64,000 bases of DNA from Alphaproteobacteria bacterium (lineage in GTDB: Bacteria > Pseudomonadota > Alphaproteobacteria > UBA9219). Below the pieces are notes generated by a model that had not been told where the DNA came from, searched no databases, and worked only from the letters and a program-made list of their open reading frames with translations. Location of the stretch: assembly GCA_028690155.1 (NCBI GenBank), contig JAQVBU010000011.1, forward strand, positions 12,370 through 76,369, read 5' to 3'. Of this stretch, positions 20,335 through 29,612 are shown one piece after another. How positions within the stretch are numbered: position 1 is the stretch's first letter; every line of letters starts with the position of its first letter. A program made the translations under genes and the position numbers.

Positions 20335-20578
20335 TACAGGCCTCCTTCGTGATTCTGTCTGGGCGAAGGATAGCTTGAAGAAAGAGGCTTGCCTAGCGGC
20401 GAGGGGCTAGCATGCTTCGAAGAAAAATCAAGTTTTTTCATGACGATAATGAAAATTATGTCCAAAGTGTGTTTTCTTGTCTGGACATTGCGGAGTTCAC
20501 AGAATAGAGAGGACAACTCAACAGGTCGTTAAAAAGTTAACGATCAGCACTGTCATAACAACAGAGGGCTATGAGATT

Positions 20579-20824
20579 ATGAGCGATATTGCAGAACAAG
20601 TGAAGAAGATCGTTGTCGAGCACTTGGGCGTCGATGCGGCGAAAGTCACGGACAACGCCAGCTTCATTGATGATCTTGGCGCGGACAGCCTCGACACCGT
20701 CGAGCTCGTCATGGCCTTTGAAGAAGAGTTCAGCATCGAAATTCCGGACGATGCAGCGGAAAAGATCACAACGGTCAAGGATGCGATCGACTTTATTAAT
20801 GCCAAGAAAGCATCGGCAGCCTAA
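20579..20824 (+). CDS. acpP: Acyl carrier protein
   Basis: [25 protein letters not shown]. Confidence 0.98.
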   Translation: MSDIAEQVKKIVVEHLGVDAAKVTDNASFIDDLGADSLDTVELVMAFEEEFSIEIPDDAAEKITTVKDAIDFINAKKASAA

Positions 20825-20866
20825 ATTCCGTTTGAAACGCTTTTGTTCTTGAAGAGGCAGGAGTCT

Positions 20867-22126
20867 ATGCGTCGGGTCGTTGTTACGGGTATGGGGATGG
20901 TTTCGCCTTTGGGCGTCGGCGTCGATCACAACTGGAAACGGTTGATCGGCGGGGTCGGCGGCATTCGGCGAATTTCGTCCTTTGACGCGTCCGACTTGGC
21001 CAGCCAAGTCGCGGGGATTATTCCTCGCGGCGACGGTGAGGGCGAGCTCGACGTCTCTTGCTTTATCGAGCCGAAAGAACAAAAGAAGATGGACGTGTTC
21101 ATCCATTACGCGCTTGTCGCGGCGGATGAAGCGATTAAGGATGGCGGCTATGTTCCCGCCACGGAAGAAGAGCGCGACCGTATCGGCGTTATGATCGGCT
21201 CCGGCATCGGTGGATTGAACGAGATTTACGAAGCCTCGATCCTTCTGTATGAAAAAGGGCCGCGCCGCGTATCGCCCTTCTTTATTCCGCGCAGCTTAAT
21301 TAATCTTGCCTCGGGGCAGGTATCCATCAAATATGGATACCGTGGCCCGAACCATGCGGTTGTAACCGCTTGTGCCACAGGGGCTCATGCCATCGGCGAT
21401 GCGGCCCGCATGATCGCCTTGGGCGATGCAGATCTGATGGTTGCCGGAGGCGCCGAAGCGGCTGTCTGCCGTATCGGCATTGCGGGTTTTTGCGCGCTTA
21501 GGGCTTTGTCCACAGGATTTAATGATCATCCGGAAAAGGCGTCTCGGCCGTACGATAAGGATCGCGACGGGTTCGTCATGGGCGAGGGTGCCGGTGTTGT
21601 GATCTTAGAGGAGTATGAGCACGCGAAGAAGCGCGGGGCCAAGATTTATGCCGAAGTGGCTGGATACGGTCTTTCCGGCGACGCTTATCACATGACGGCG
21701 CCGGCCGAAGATGGAAACGGTGGATTCCGTGCCATGCAAATGGCCTTGAACCGTTCGGGCCTGAATGTCGACCAAATTGATTATATCAATGCGCACGGAA
21801 CGTCCACGATTATGGGCGATGAGATCGAGGTTCGTGCGGTCAAGCGTCTTTTGGGTAGCCACACGGCTAAGGCAACAATGTCCTCGACTAAATCGGCAAC
21901 CGGGCATTTATTGGGGGCGGCCGGAGCGGTCGAAGCTATTTATTCCATCAAAACGATAGGTGCGGGCATTGTTCCCCCGACGTTGAACTTGGAATGTCCT
22001 TCTGAAGCGGTTCAAGGTATTGATCTCGTTCCGCTTAAAGCCAAAGAGAAGAAGGTTAAGGTCGCGCTGTCGAACTCCTTTGGGTTTGGCGGGACAAACG
22101 CCAGTTTGATCTTCAAGGCCGTTTAG
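20867..22126 (+). CDS. fabF: Beta-ketoacyl-ACP synthase II
   Basis: MRRVVVTGMG, VTACATG, DAYHMT, NAHGTST, GHLLGAAG, SNSFGFGGTN. Confidence 0.98.
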   Translation: MRRVVVTGMGMVSPLGVGVDHNWKRLIGGVGGIRRISSFDASDLASQVAGIIPRGDGEGELDVSCFIEPKEQKKMDVFIHYALVAADEAIKDGGYVPATEEERDRIGVMIGSGIGGLNEIYEASILLYEKGPRRVSPFFIPRSLINLASGQVSIKYGYRGPNHAVVTACATGAHAIGDAARMIALGDADLMVAGGAEAAVCRIGIAGFCALRALSTGFNDHPEKASRPYDKDRDGFVMGEGAGVVILEEYEHAKKRGAKIYAEVAGYGLSGDAYHMTAPAEDGNGGFRAMQMALNRSGLNVDQIDYINAHGTSTIMGDEIEVRAVKRLLGSHTAKATMSSTKSATGHLLGAAGAVEAIYSIKTIGAGIVPPTLNLECPSEAVQGIDLVPLKAKEKKVKVALSNSFGFGGTNASLIFKAV

Positions 22127-22190
22127 ATTTCATAGATCGGTACCGACGGTATGAGGCCTTGTTTTAAAGAACGAAGGAAAGGGTAAGCTT

Positions 22191-23267
22191 ATGCCAACGC
22201 AAGAGGATATTCTTAAGGCGCTTCGCACGATTGATTGGGACGGCCGGGACATTGTGTCGCAGGAGATGGTGGTCGGGGTTTCGCTTTCTGAAGAAGGCGG
22301 TGGCCAGCGCGCGACCCTGATTTTAGAAATCGATCCGGATAAGAAGGCCGACATCGAAGGGCTTAAAAGCCGCGTCGAGAAAACGGTTCAAGCGGTCGAA
22401 GGCATTTCTGCGGTGGCGGTCATTTTGACGGCTCATCAGGGTCCGCACGAACATAAACACGCGTCCGCACCGAAAGCTCATGGCAACGGATTGCCTAACA
22501 AGCTGGATCTCCCGAATATTAAAAATATTGTTGCCGTTGCGTCCGGTAAGGGCGGCGTCGGTAAATCGACGACGGCCGTAAACCTTGCGGCGGCGCTCAG
22601 CAGGAAGGGCTTAAAAGTCGGCTTGCTGGATGCTGACATTTATGGTCCGTCGGTACCTCGGATGATGGGGCTTTCGGGCGAACCTTATGTTGATGAAAAC
22701 GAAAAAATGCATCCGCTCGAACGGGACGGAATCAAGGTTATGTCCATCGGTTTTTTGGTGGACGAGACCGAACCCGTTATTTGGCGGGGTCCCCTTGTGC
22801 ATAGTGTCATCACTCAGATGTTTCGCGACGTTGTCTGGGGCGACGTAGACGTTTTGGTTGTCGATTTGCCTCCGGGGACGGGGGATGCTCAGTTGTCCTT
22901 GATTCAAACGGTTTCTGTGGCTGGGGCCGTGATGGTTTCGACGCCTCAGGACGTGGCGTTGTTGGACGTGCGCAAGGCTCTCGAGATGTTTCGGAAGACG
23001 AACGTGCCCCTTTTGGGCTTGATCGAAAATATGAGTTATTTCGAATGCCCGCACTGCAAGCAACGGACGGAAATTTTCGGTCACGGTGGCGCAAAAGCCG
23101 AAGCCGAAAGGCTCGGTATTCCTTTTTTGGGCGAGCTTCCTTTGGACACGACAATCCGTACGACGTCCGATGCGGGCGCTCCGTTAACGCTAACAGAACC
23201 CGAGGGAAGCGTGGCGATGCAGTACAAAGCCATTGCCGATTGCCTTTGGAGCGCTTTGAACGCTTGA
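22191..23267 (+). CDS. mrp: Mrp/NBP35 (ApbC) Fe-S cluster carrier ATPase
   Basis: SGKGGVGKST, DADIYGPS, WRGP, DLPPGTGD, ENMSYFECPHC. Confidence 0.95.
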   Translation: MPTQEDILKALRTIDWDGRDIVSQEMVVGVSLSEEGGGQRATLILEIDPDKKADIEGLKSRVEKTVQAVEGISAVAVILTAHQGPHEHKHASAPKAHGNGLPNKLDLPNIKNIVAVASGKGGVGKSTTAVNLAAALSRKGLKVGLLDADIYGPSVPRMMGLSGEPYVDENEKMHPLERDGIKVMSIGFLVDETEPVIWRGPLVHSVITQMFRDVVWGDVDVLVVDLPPGTGDAQLSLIQTVSVAGAVMVSTPQDVALLDVRKALEMFRKTNVPLLGLIENMSYFECPHCKQRTEIFGHGGAKAEAERLGIPFLGELPLDTTIRTTSDAGAPLTLTEPEGSVAMQYKAIADCLWSALNA

Positions 23268-23322
23268 CAGAAGGCTTGGGGATGCTCATAAAGAGCCCTC
23301 CCTTCTAATGGTTAGCCAAAAA

Positions 23323-23398
23323 GGGCCTGTAGCTCAGCTGGGAGAGCGCAACGTTCGCAATGTTGAGGTCGTCGGTTCGATCCCGATCAGGTCCACCA
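23323..23398 (+). tRNA. tRNA-Ala (CGC)
   Basis: 76-nt cloverleaf GGGCCTG...CAGGTCCACCA; anticodon loop TTCGCAA; G3:U70 pair; encoded CCA. Confidence 0.97.
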
Positions 23399-23519
23399 CT
23401 GCCGCCGGCAGTGCCGCCAGAGGCATCCGTTATTTTTTCCTGTGACTTTTAACCCATCGTTTTTTCTTTGGTCCCGTATCTTTCGGTGGGGAAGGTTTGT
23501 GCTTCAATAAAAAGAACAT

Positions 23520-23774
23520 GTGTTGATTGACGACGCCGATATAACTTTTGTTCCGGTTCAAGAAGACGATTTCGAAGATTTCAGAGTTCTCCACAAAAGA
23601 GTTATGAAAGAGCCTCTGGACCGTTGGGGTTGGTCGTGGAATGAGGACGAGGTGGCGCTGTTCCAGCAAGAGCTTTTTGATACGGAAGGTCTTTTCCTAG
23701 TTCCTGTTGAGAGATTTTTTTACCCTGTATGCGCTCTGTTTGTCGAAAGTACAGGCAGAGTGTATCCTTCTTGA
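23520..23774 (+). pseudogene. Probable truncated GNAT acetyltransferase fragment
   Basis: N-terminus DDFEDFRVLHKRVMKE...WGWSWNE resembles GNAT N-terminal helices; no acetyl-CoA-binding Q/RxxGxG motif in this frame or in the one shifted frame read. Confidence 0.45.
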
Positions 23775-23776
23775 TT

Positions 23777-24286
23777 ATGGGAAAACAGGCCATCGTTGTT
23801 CATGACAAGATGCAGCAAGGCTACCGGTACGTTCTCGAAGAACCTTCGGGGCGGAACTTTGCGCCCGATTTTAAACCTCAACTGACTCCCAAAGAGATGC
23901 TTAAACTGGGTGTATTCGGCGGAAAGTACATGACCGATACGCGCAACGAATTTCCTGACAGCTGGTTTGTTCAGGCAAAACTTTCTCCGGAACGATATGA
24001 TCCATCGCTTAACTACTTTGGCGTCCGGGCAAGTCAGCCACTTTCTGTTTGGCGGACAAAGGGTTGGATCCATCCTGCCGATCCTCGCGGCTGGTTCCAG
24101 TGGTACTGCCGTTACTATAGGGGCCGACGCATGAAAAACGAGGATAGACGTCAAATTGACCGCTGGAAAAAAATGAAGCGTCATGTAAATCAGGTAAAAA
24201 ACCACTGTTTTCAAGGGGATCTCCTCTGCCGACGACGGCAAAGGCAAGCTTTGCTTCATTGGGCCTATGACAGCCGGAAAATCTAA
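23777..24286 (+). CDS. Conserved hypothetical protein (DPRGWFQWYCRYY family)
   Basis: LTPKEMLKLGVFGGKY, DPRGWFQWYCRYY.GRR, RQRQALLHWAYD; aromatic- and Arg-rich. Confidence 0.8.
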   Translation: MGKQAIVVHDKMQQGYRYVLEEPSGRNFAPDFKPQLTPKEMLKLGVFGGKYMTDTRNEFPDSWFVQAKLSPERYDPSLNYFGVRASQPLSVWRTKGWIHPADPRGWFQWYCRYYRGRRMKNEDRRQIDRWKKMKRHVNQVKNHCFQGDLLCRRRQRQALLHWAYDSRKI

Positions 24287-24466
24287 AGGGAAAAACATTA
24301 TGTCGAGAGAGGTATCTCTTTATAAAAAATGTTTTTTCTCCTCCTGAGTTAACTAAAAATAAACTTGCTTCGTCGAAAACTTCCTTCATGGCGAGGTCCA
24401 CGCTGTATGCGGGGAGTTTGGATTGATTCTGCTTATTTTTTGTCTTCCTTTGGGGGCTCTTCAGGT

Positions 24467-26530
24467 ATGACGCGATATCTAGTTGTTCTGGCTCTCGTTC
24501 TGGGTATGGGAGGGTGTTCTGCGTGGGACTTACCTTCCATTCCTGATTTGGAGGACCATGGCGCCATCCCGACCAAAATTCCCGGAAGGGAGGATGTCGT
24601 TCGAGGCGATAAAGACCCGGCTATTGTTACCTTAAAGCTGAAGTCGGGACTTCGGGAAAAAAGACTGATCGTATCTGAGAATCTTCCAAACGATGTTATC
24701 GTTCCCACAACCAATTTGAACGGCGTTCCTATCACCGCCGCGCTTCAGGCCGTGTTGTCTGGAACGGATATCGCGTTGTCTTGGGATTCCGGGGCCATGG
24801 GGTCGCGTCTTGTGACGGTCATGAACCTTCGCGGTCCCTTGTCCCGTGTTGTCGAAAAAATATGCTCAGCCGCCAAGGTATTCTGTACCTATCGCCACGG
24901 CTCGATCGAGTTGTCCGAGAAAGAGATTTTTGTTGTAAGCCTTCCCCCGATCGCGCGGGCGGTGTCGGCTGGCTCGATTTCTTCGTCGTCTTCGGCGCCT
25001 TCTTCTTCGGTGCCTCAAGCTGCGGCGGGCGTCAGCAACACGATCGTCGATGCTATCAACAAGCTCTTGGACGGCGAGACCGCGACGGTGGATGAACAGG
25101 GGGGCAACATTGTTTACACGGCGACGGTCGATGCCGAAGAGCGCGTGGCGCGTTACCTGAAGGAACTTCGGACCGAGCGTCCTTTGATCGTGATGCAGAT
25201 GTATATCTGGGAAGTTATGCTGGATCAAGCAAACGCGCAGGGGATCAAATGGGATTCCTTCCAGAATACGGCGATGAAAAACGCGACGCTGTCGTTGTCG
25301 AACAGCTTGACGTCGCTTGAATCCACGGCGGGTAGCATTAGTCTCGGCGCTGTAACGACGGGGAACTTCTCGGCGGATGTCGTGGCTTCTTTCGTGGCAA
25401 CGAAGGGACGCATCAAAACGATCAGTAATCCCCAAATAACTTTTGTGTCAGGCTCAACGGGTTCGCTTAAGGTTGGGGGAACGCAGAAGTACATTTCGGA
25501 GGTTGGGACGTCTTCTTCAAGCGACGTGAGCGGAAGCTCCAGCAGCAGCTCCACCAATACCGTGACGACCGATACGATCGACACGGGCCTCTCCGTATCG
25601 ATTTCTGGTGCCTATGAAAATGGCGTTGTCTTTGCAAGTTTGGATCTGTCGATCAAAAGCCTTGTGAGCCTTAATCCAACCCAAAGCGGAAGCGGGACGA
25701 TCGATCTTCCTGAGACGACCGACGAAATGATGAATACGATCTTGCGTGTACGACCGGGCGACAGCGTTATTTTGGCAGGCCTTGTTTCGTCCAGCGAGTC
25801 GGGGTCATCTCAAGGCTTTCCTTTAGGAACGGAAACGGCTTTGCCTCTTTACGGGAAGGATTTGCGCGAAAGCCGGGAACTTGTGCTGATTTTAAAACCT
25901 TCGGTCATTCTTTTCGAGGAGGACGACGCGTCGGATCATGGCTCTAAAGGGTCTCATTCTTCACCGGCTGAACCGTCGACAAAGAGCACGGTCCATGCCT
26001 TGCATAATTCAGAGGACAAGAAGCCCCCAGCTTCCAGGATTCAACCCGCGATGGTTTCTGAGACGACAACAAGGACGGAGAACGTTTCCAGAGAGAATAA
26101 GAGCACGGTTAAAAAGAAAGACTCTGTGGCAGCTCCTGTTTCTTTGGAGGAAGAGGATGCGCGGATGATTTCCGTTTCGCCTGATGAGGTAGAGAAAGGA
26201 GAGAAAAGCATTTCCGATTCAACCTTGGGGGCGAAGAATGGACCCCATTCCGTGACGGAAGCGAAATCTGAAAGCATGCCCTCGAAGTCTGCGGAAGAGG
26301 GCGGTTCTTGGGGGTTTGTGCATGCCTTTGACTCATTGATTCATCCCTCAAAGAAATCCGAAGTCCCGGCGGTTAAGGACACAACGAAGGCCATTCCTTC
26401 ACCTTCCGTTGAGAAAACTTCCGTTGAGAAAAAAAGTGGGGCAAGCGGGGACTCGTTCGACTTCTCGCATGCCTTTGACACCTTGCTTGGCCCGGCTCAG
26501 GAGGCTGGGCCCCCGAAGGGGGTTCAATGA
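24467..26530 (+). CDS. Lipoprotein secretin (PilN/BfpB-like) with long low-complexity C-terminal extension
   Basis: Lipobox LGMGGC (Cys17); IYIWEV-like strand, GIKW, ISNPQIT, DTGLSVSI, VRPGDSVILAGL, ELVLILKP secretin-domain motifs. Confidence 0.88.
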   Translation: MTRYLVVLALVLGMGGCSAWDLPSIPDLEDHGAIPTKIPGREDVVRGDKDPAIVTLKLKSGLREKRLIVSENLPNDVIVPTTNLNGVPITAALQAVLSGTDIALSWDSGAMGSRLVTVMNLRGPLSRVVEKICSAAKVFCTYRHGSIELSEKEIFVVSLPPIARAVSAGSISSSSSAPSSSVPQAAAGVSNTIVDAINKLLDGETATVDEQGGNIVYTATVDAEERVARYLKELRTERPLIVMQMYIWEVMLDQANAQGIKWDSFQNTAMKNATLSLSNSLTSLESTAGSISLGAVTTGNFSADVVASFVATKGRIKTISNPQITFVSGSTGSLKVGGTQKYISEVGTSSSSDVSGSSSSSSTNTVTTDTIDTGLSVSISGAYENGVVFASLDLSIKSLVSLNPTQSGSGTIDLPETTDEMMNTILRVRPGDSVILAGLVSSSESGSSQGFPLGTETALPLYGKDLRESRELVLILKPSVILFEEDDASDHGSKGSHSSPAEPSTKSTVHALHNSEDKKPPASRIQPAMVSETTTRTENVSRENKSTVKKKDSVAAPVSLEEEDARMISVSPDEVEKGEKSISDSTLGAKNGPHSVTEAKSESMPSKSAEEGGSWGFVHAFDSLIHPSKKSEVPAVKDTTKAIPSPSVEKTSVEKKSGASGDSFDFSHAFDTLLGPAQEAGPPKGVQ

Positions 26531-27846
26531 TGGCGAGGTCCCTTTTTCTTTTGTTTGGCTTTTTGGTCGTTGCCGCAGTCTTTTGTGTCGACGCGTCTTC
26601 GACTTGGGCGCGGGAGGCCTCTTTTCTTAAACCGAACACGGGGGCCGGATCGTCGGATAGTGCGGTTATTGTCGAACCAAAAGCTGATATCGAAGTCGGC
26701 GAAACGACGGTCGACGTGTCGAAGAGAGTGACCATTTTTTTCGCGAACCAAACCAGCACACCCGTCACGATTGAGAGCATTGCCTTGACGAGCGATACCT
26801 TTGTCGAGGCCGAGAAGGTTGCCAGCGATTGCGAAAAGCAAGGCCAGATCCTTCCTCTTAGCCGTTGCAGTGTCGAGATTTCCGTCACGCCGTCGGGGGA
26901 GGGGGCTTGGAGCGTCGATGTTCTTATGACGCACAACGGAGCCGGACGCATTGCTCGAGCTCGGTTGTCAGGGCGAACTCCCGGATTCGGGGAAGGGAAA
27001 AACATGGGGTTGGCGGTAAGTTCGCACGAGGTTAAGCCCATAGACTTTGGAAGCGTTGATGCCGACGGAGGGAAGATTGTTCGTTCGTCGTTGATGGTGA
27101 ATGACAGTCCGGATGTGATCACCATTCAATCTATTGATGTTATTGAAGCCAGCAACGGTTTGGAGCGCTTGGATCAGGGCTGCAAGGAAGGCATGGTTCT
27201 GGCCCCCGGCGCGGCGTGCCCTGTGACCCTGTTATGGATTCCCGAAAACGACGAGCCCGTTTCGACGGATTTAATCATTCGTCATAGCGGAAAGTTGGGC
27301 TTTGCCGTTATTCCCGTTCGAGGGGCGGTCAAGAACGTTGTCGCTTCTTCAGGCAAGGAAAAGACGAAGACTTCGCGTGAATCATCGAAAAATCGCGTTC
27401 CGTTGCCTCTTTCAGCCAAGGATCTTGAAAACGAAATTAAGGGGAAAATCCCTCAAATTTCCGTAACCTCCTCTTCAAATGGCGAAGTCAGGGAGATTTG
27501 GGGAACCACAGGGTCTTCTTCGCGCAGTGGCGGTGAAGATTCGTCCGATCAGTCCAAGGGCAAACTTAGCCTTATCGGGACCGTGGGGGCCCGAGGACTT
27601 TTTCTGCTGCCTTCCGGGGAGATGCGCGTTGCTTCCGTGGGTGAGGAGCTTGACACAGGTCTTGGGTTTGGCCGGCTTGTTGCCGTTCGGGCACAGGAAG
27701 CGGATCTTATGGTGAACGATAAACTTCTTACCGTGCCCCTTCAGGCCTCGGATTCTCTCATTTCTTTTGCTTTGGAGCAAAACAATCGGCGTGGCGACAC
27801 GAAAGGGGAGAAGCCCGGTGGTAACATCGGCGTTAGCGTAAGATGA
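26527..27846 (+). CDS. Exported pilus-assembly accessory protein with two Ig-like (ASH/PapD-like) domains
   Basis: Signal peptide; two repeats of the pattern xDFG/EVG...N.S..V.I.SI....C..G..L.P...C.V.L...P; C-terminal LIGTVG...VGE segment reminiscent of PilP/GspC-like strands. Confidence 0.6.
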   Translation: MMARSLFLLFGFLVVAAVFCVDASSTWAREASFLKPNTGAGSSDSAVIVEPKADIEVGETTVDVSKRVTIFFANQTSTPVTIESIALTSDTFVEAEKVASDCEKQGQILPLSRCSVEISVTPSGEGAWSVDVLMTHNGAGRIARARLSGRTPGFGEGKNMGLAVSSHEVKPIDFGSVDADGGKIVRSSLMVNDSPDVITIQSIDVIEASNGLERLDQGCKEGMVLAPGAACPVTLLWIPENDEPVSTDLIIRHSGKLGFAVIPVRGAVKNVVASSGKEKTKTSRESSKNRVPLPLSAKDLENEIKGKIPQISVTSSSNGEVREIWGTTGSSSRSGGEDSSDQSKGKLSLIGTVGARGLFLLPSGEMRVASVGEELDTGLGFGRLVAVRAQEADLMVNDKLLTVPLQASDSLISFALEQNNRRGDTKGEKPGGNIGVSVR

Positions 27847-29606
27847 CGGACATCTCCCTTTCTGCTGTGGTTCCTTCCGATGCCATTTTTACGCAGGCTA
27901 GGGCGCACCACGTTAATCCGAAACACTATGAGCTTGCCCTTGCCGAGCAGGCTATGCGCCGCCAGAACGGGCGGTTGATGTCCATTGAGGAAATTCTGCA
28001 CCGCAATGGGTTTTCAAGCGTCGAACATGTTTCTCAAACCACCAAAAACGACAGCAGCGACGACCTGACGATGCAGGCGCTGCGCCTTTATGTGTCGTCG
28101 GCGGCGCAAACGGCTATGGGGCTTTGCCTTCTGGAACTGCGGCAAGGAATTCTCCATATTGCTGTTGGCGACCGCGTGGATGATGCGGACCTTCTGAGGA
28201 TAACGAAGGCCTTGGCGCGCGCGGGCCACAAGATCAAAAAGGTCGATGTCGAAGCGTGGGACCGAGCGGATCTTGCCCGGTTGATGCGCGAACAAGGCGA
28301 AATGGCCGGCGATCGATTGCTTCGATTGCTGCTGGAGCTGGCGCGTGATCCGGACGATGCGTCTTTGGTTGAAGAGGCGGTCAAGGATCTTTTGGCCGAA
28401 GCTCTTCAAAGCCGTACCTCCGATATTCATTTGTCGTTGCTTGATGACGACGCACAATGCTGGATTCGGTATCGCATCGACGGCGATCTTGTATACAAGC
28501 ACCTTGTGCCGCATCGTGTCATGGCGCCGATCGTGACGCGTATCAAAACGGATGCCAAGATGGACGCGGCCGATCGTCAGCATCCCCAGGACGGGCGTCT
28601 TGGGTTCGAGTGGCAGGGCCGTATGATCGACGTTCGCTGCGCGTCCTTGCCTGTTGCGCCGGCGGGCGAGAAGCTGACATTGCGTTTGTTGGATCGGGAA
28701 AACCTCAGGTCTTTTGACGAGCTTTTCCTTCATGCCCCCATCGTGGCCGAAAAACTGCGCAAAGCGGTTCACGCCCATACAAAAGATGGCGGATTGATCG
28801 TGGTCAGCGGCCCGACAGGATCAGGTAAATCAACGACGCTTTACGGCATCATTCAGGAAATTGATCGGGCGTCGCGCGCGGTCTATTCGGTGGAAGCGCC
28901 GGTCGAATACGATATGCCGTTGGTCGATCAAACATCGGTAACCGACAATTCGGCAAACTCGATCGCCGATATTATTCGTGCGCTTATGCGGCACGATCCG
29001 GACGTCATCATCGTCGGCGAAATGCGTGATGGCGACACGGTCGAAGCGGCTTTGCGCGCGACGGAATCCGGCCATATGGTGATCACGACCGTCCACTCGG
29101 TCGACGCGTTGCATACTTTGGACCGTGTTGACGGCTTTTTAAGCTCGGCTTATCGGACGAGCGGCCTTTATATTTTGGGTCACGCGTTGGTGGCGAGCCT
29201 TTCGCAGCGTCTTGTGAAGACGTTGTGTCCCGCGTGTCATCAAAAGAAAAAGGCCATTGATGTGCTGGGCGGGGAGGAACGTTGCAAAGAACTTGGAATT
29301 GACCCCAAAGCGACATTGGCTATTGCCAACAACAAGGGCTGCGATTTATGCGGGCATAGCGGTTTTCTTGGCCGAACGTTGGCTTTGGAGGCCATGTTTC
29401 CACCAGACGACCAGGCGAGCCGTCGCGCCATAACCGAGATGATGGTGTCCAACGTAACGTCGTCGATTGTCGATGTTCCGGGAACCATTTACATTCCGCG
29501 GCGCGAATCGATTCTTGATCTCATTCGCCGCAACGCCATTGATGCCAATATGGGCGCGTCGATGTTGATTGAAGAAGTTTCGATGACGTCACGCGGCAGG
29601 GGGTAG
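27843..29606 (+). CDS. PilB/GspE-type (PilQ-like) pilus assembly ATPase
   Basis: SDIH, RYRIDG, QDGR, Walker A GPTGSGKSTT, Asp box VEAPVEY, Walker B DPDVIIVGEMRD, His box TTVH, CPAC...CDLC Zn knuckle. Confidence 0.95.
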   Translation: MTDISLSAVVPSDAIFTQARAHHVNPKHYELALAEQAMRRQNGRLMSIEEILHRNGFSSVEHVSQTTKNDSSDDLTMQALRLYVSSAAQTAMGLCLLELRQGILHIAVGDRVDDADLLRITKALARAGHKIKKVDVEAWDRADLARLMREQGEMAGDRLLRLLLELARDPDDASLVEEAVKDLLAEALQSRTSDIHLSLLDDDAQCWIRYRIDGDLVYKHLVPHRVMAPIVTRIKTDAKMDAADRQHPQDGRLGFEWQGRMIDVRCASLPVAPAGEKLTLRLLDRENLRSFDELFLHAPIVAEKLRKAVHAHTKDGGLIVVSGPTGSGKSTTLYGIIQEIDRASRAVYSVEAPVEYDMPLVDQTSVTDNSANSIADIIRALMRHDPDVIIVGEMRDGDTVEAALRATESGHMVITTVHSVDALHTLDRVDGFLSSAYRTSGLYILGHALVASLSQRLVKTLCPACHQKKKAIDVLGGEERCKELGIDPKATLAIANNKGCDLCGHSGFLGRTLALEAMFPPDDQASRRAITEMMVSNVTSSIVDVPGTIYIPRRESILDLIRRNAIDANMGASMLIEEVSMTSRGRG

Positions 29607-29612
29607 GCTGAC

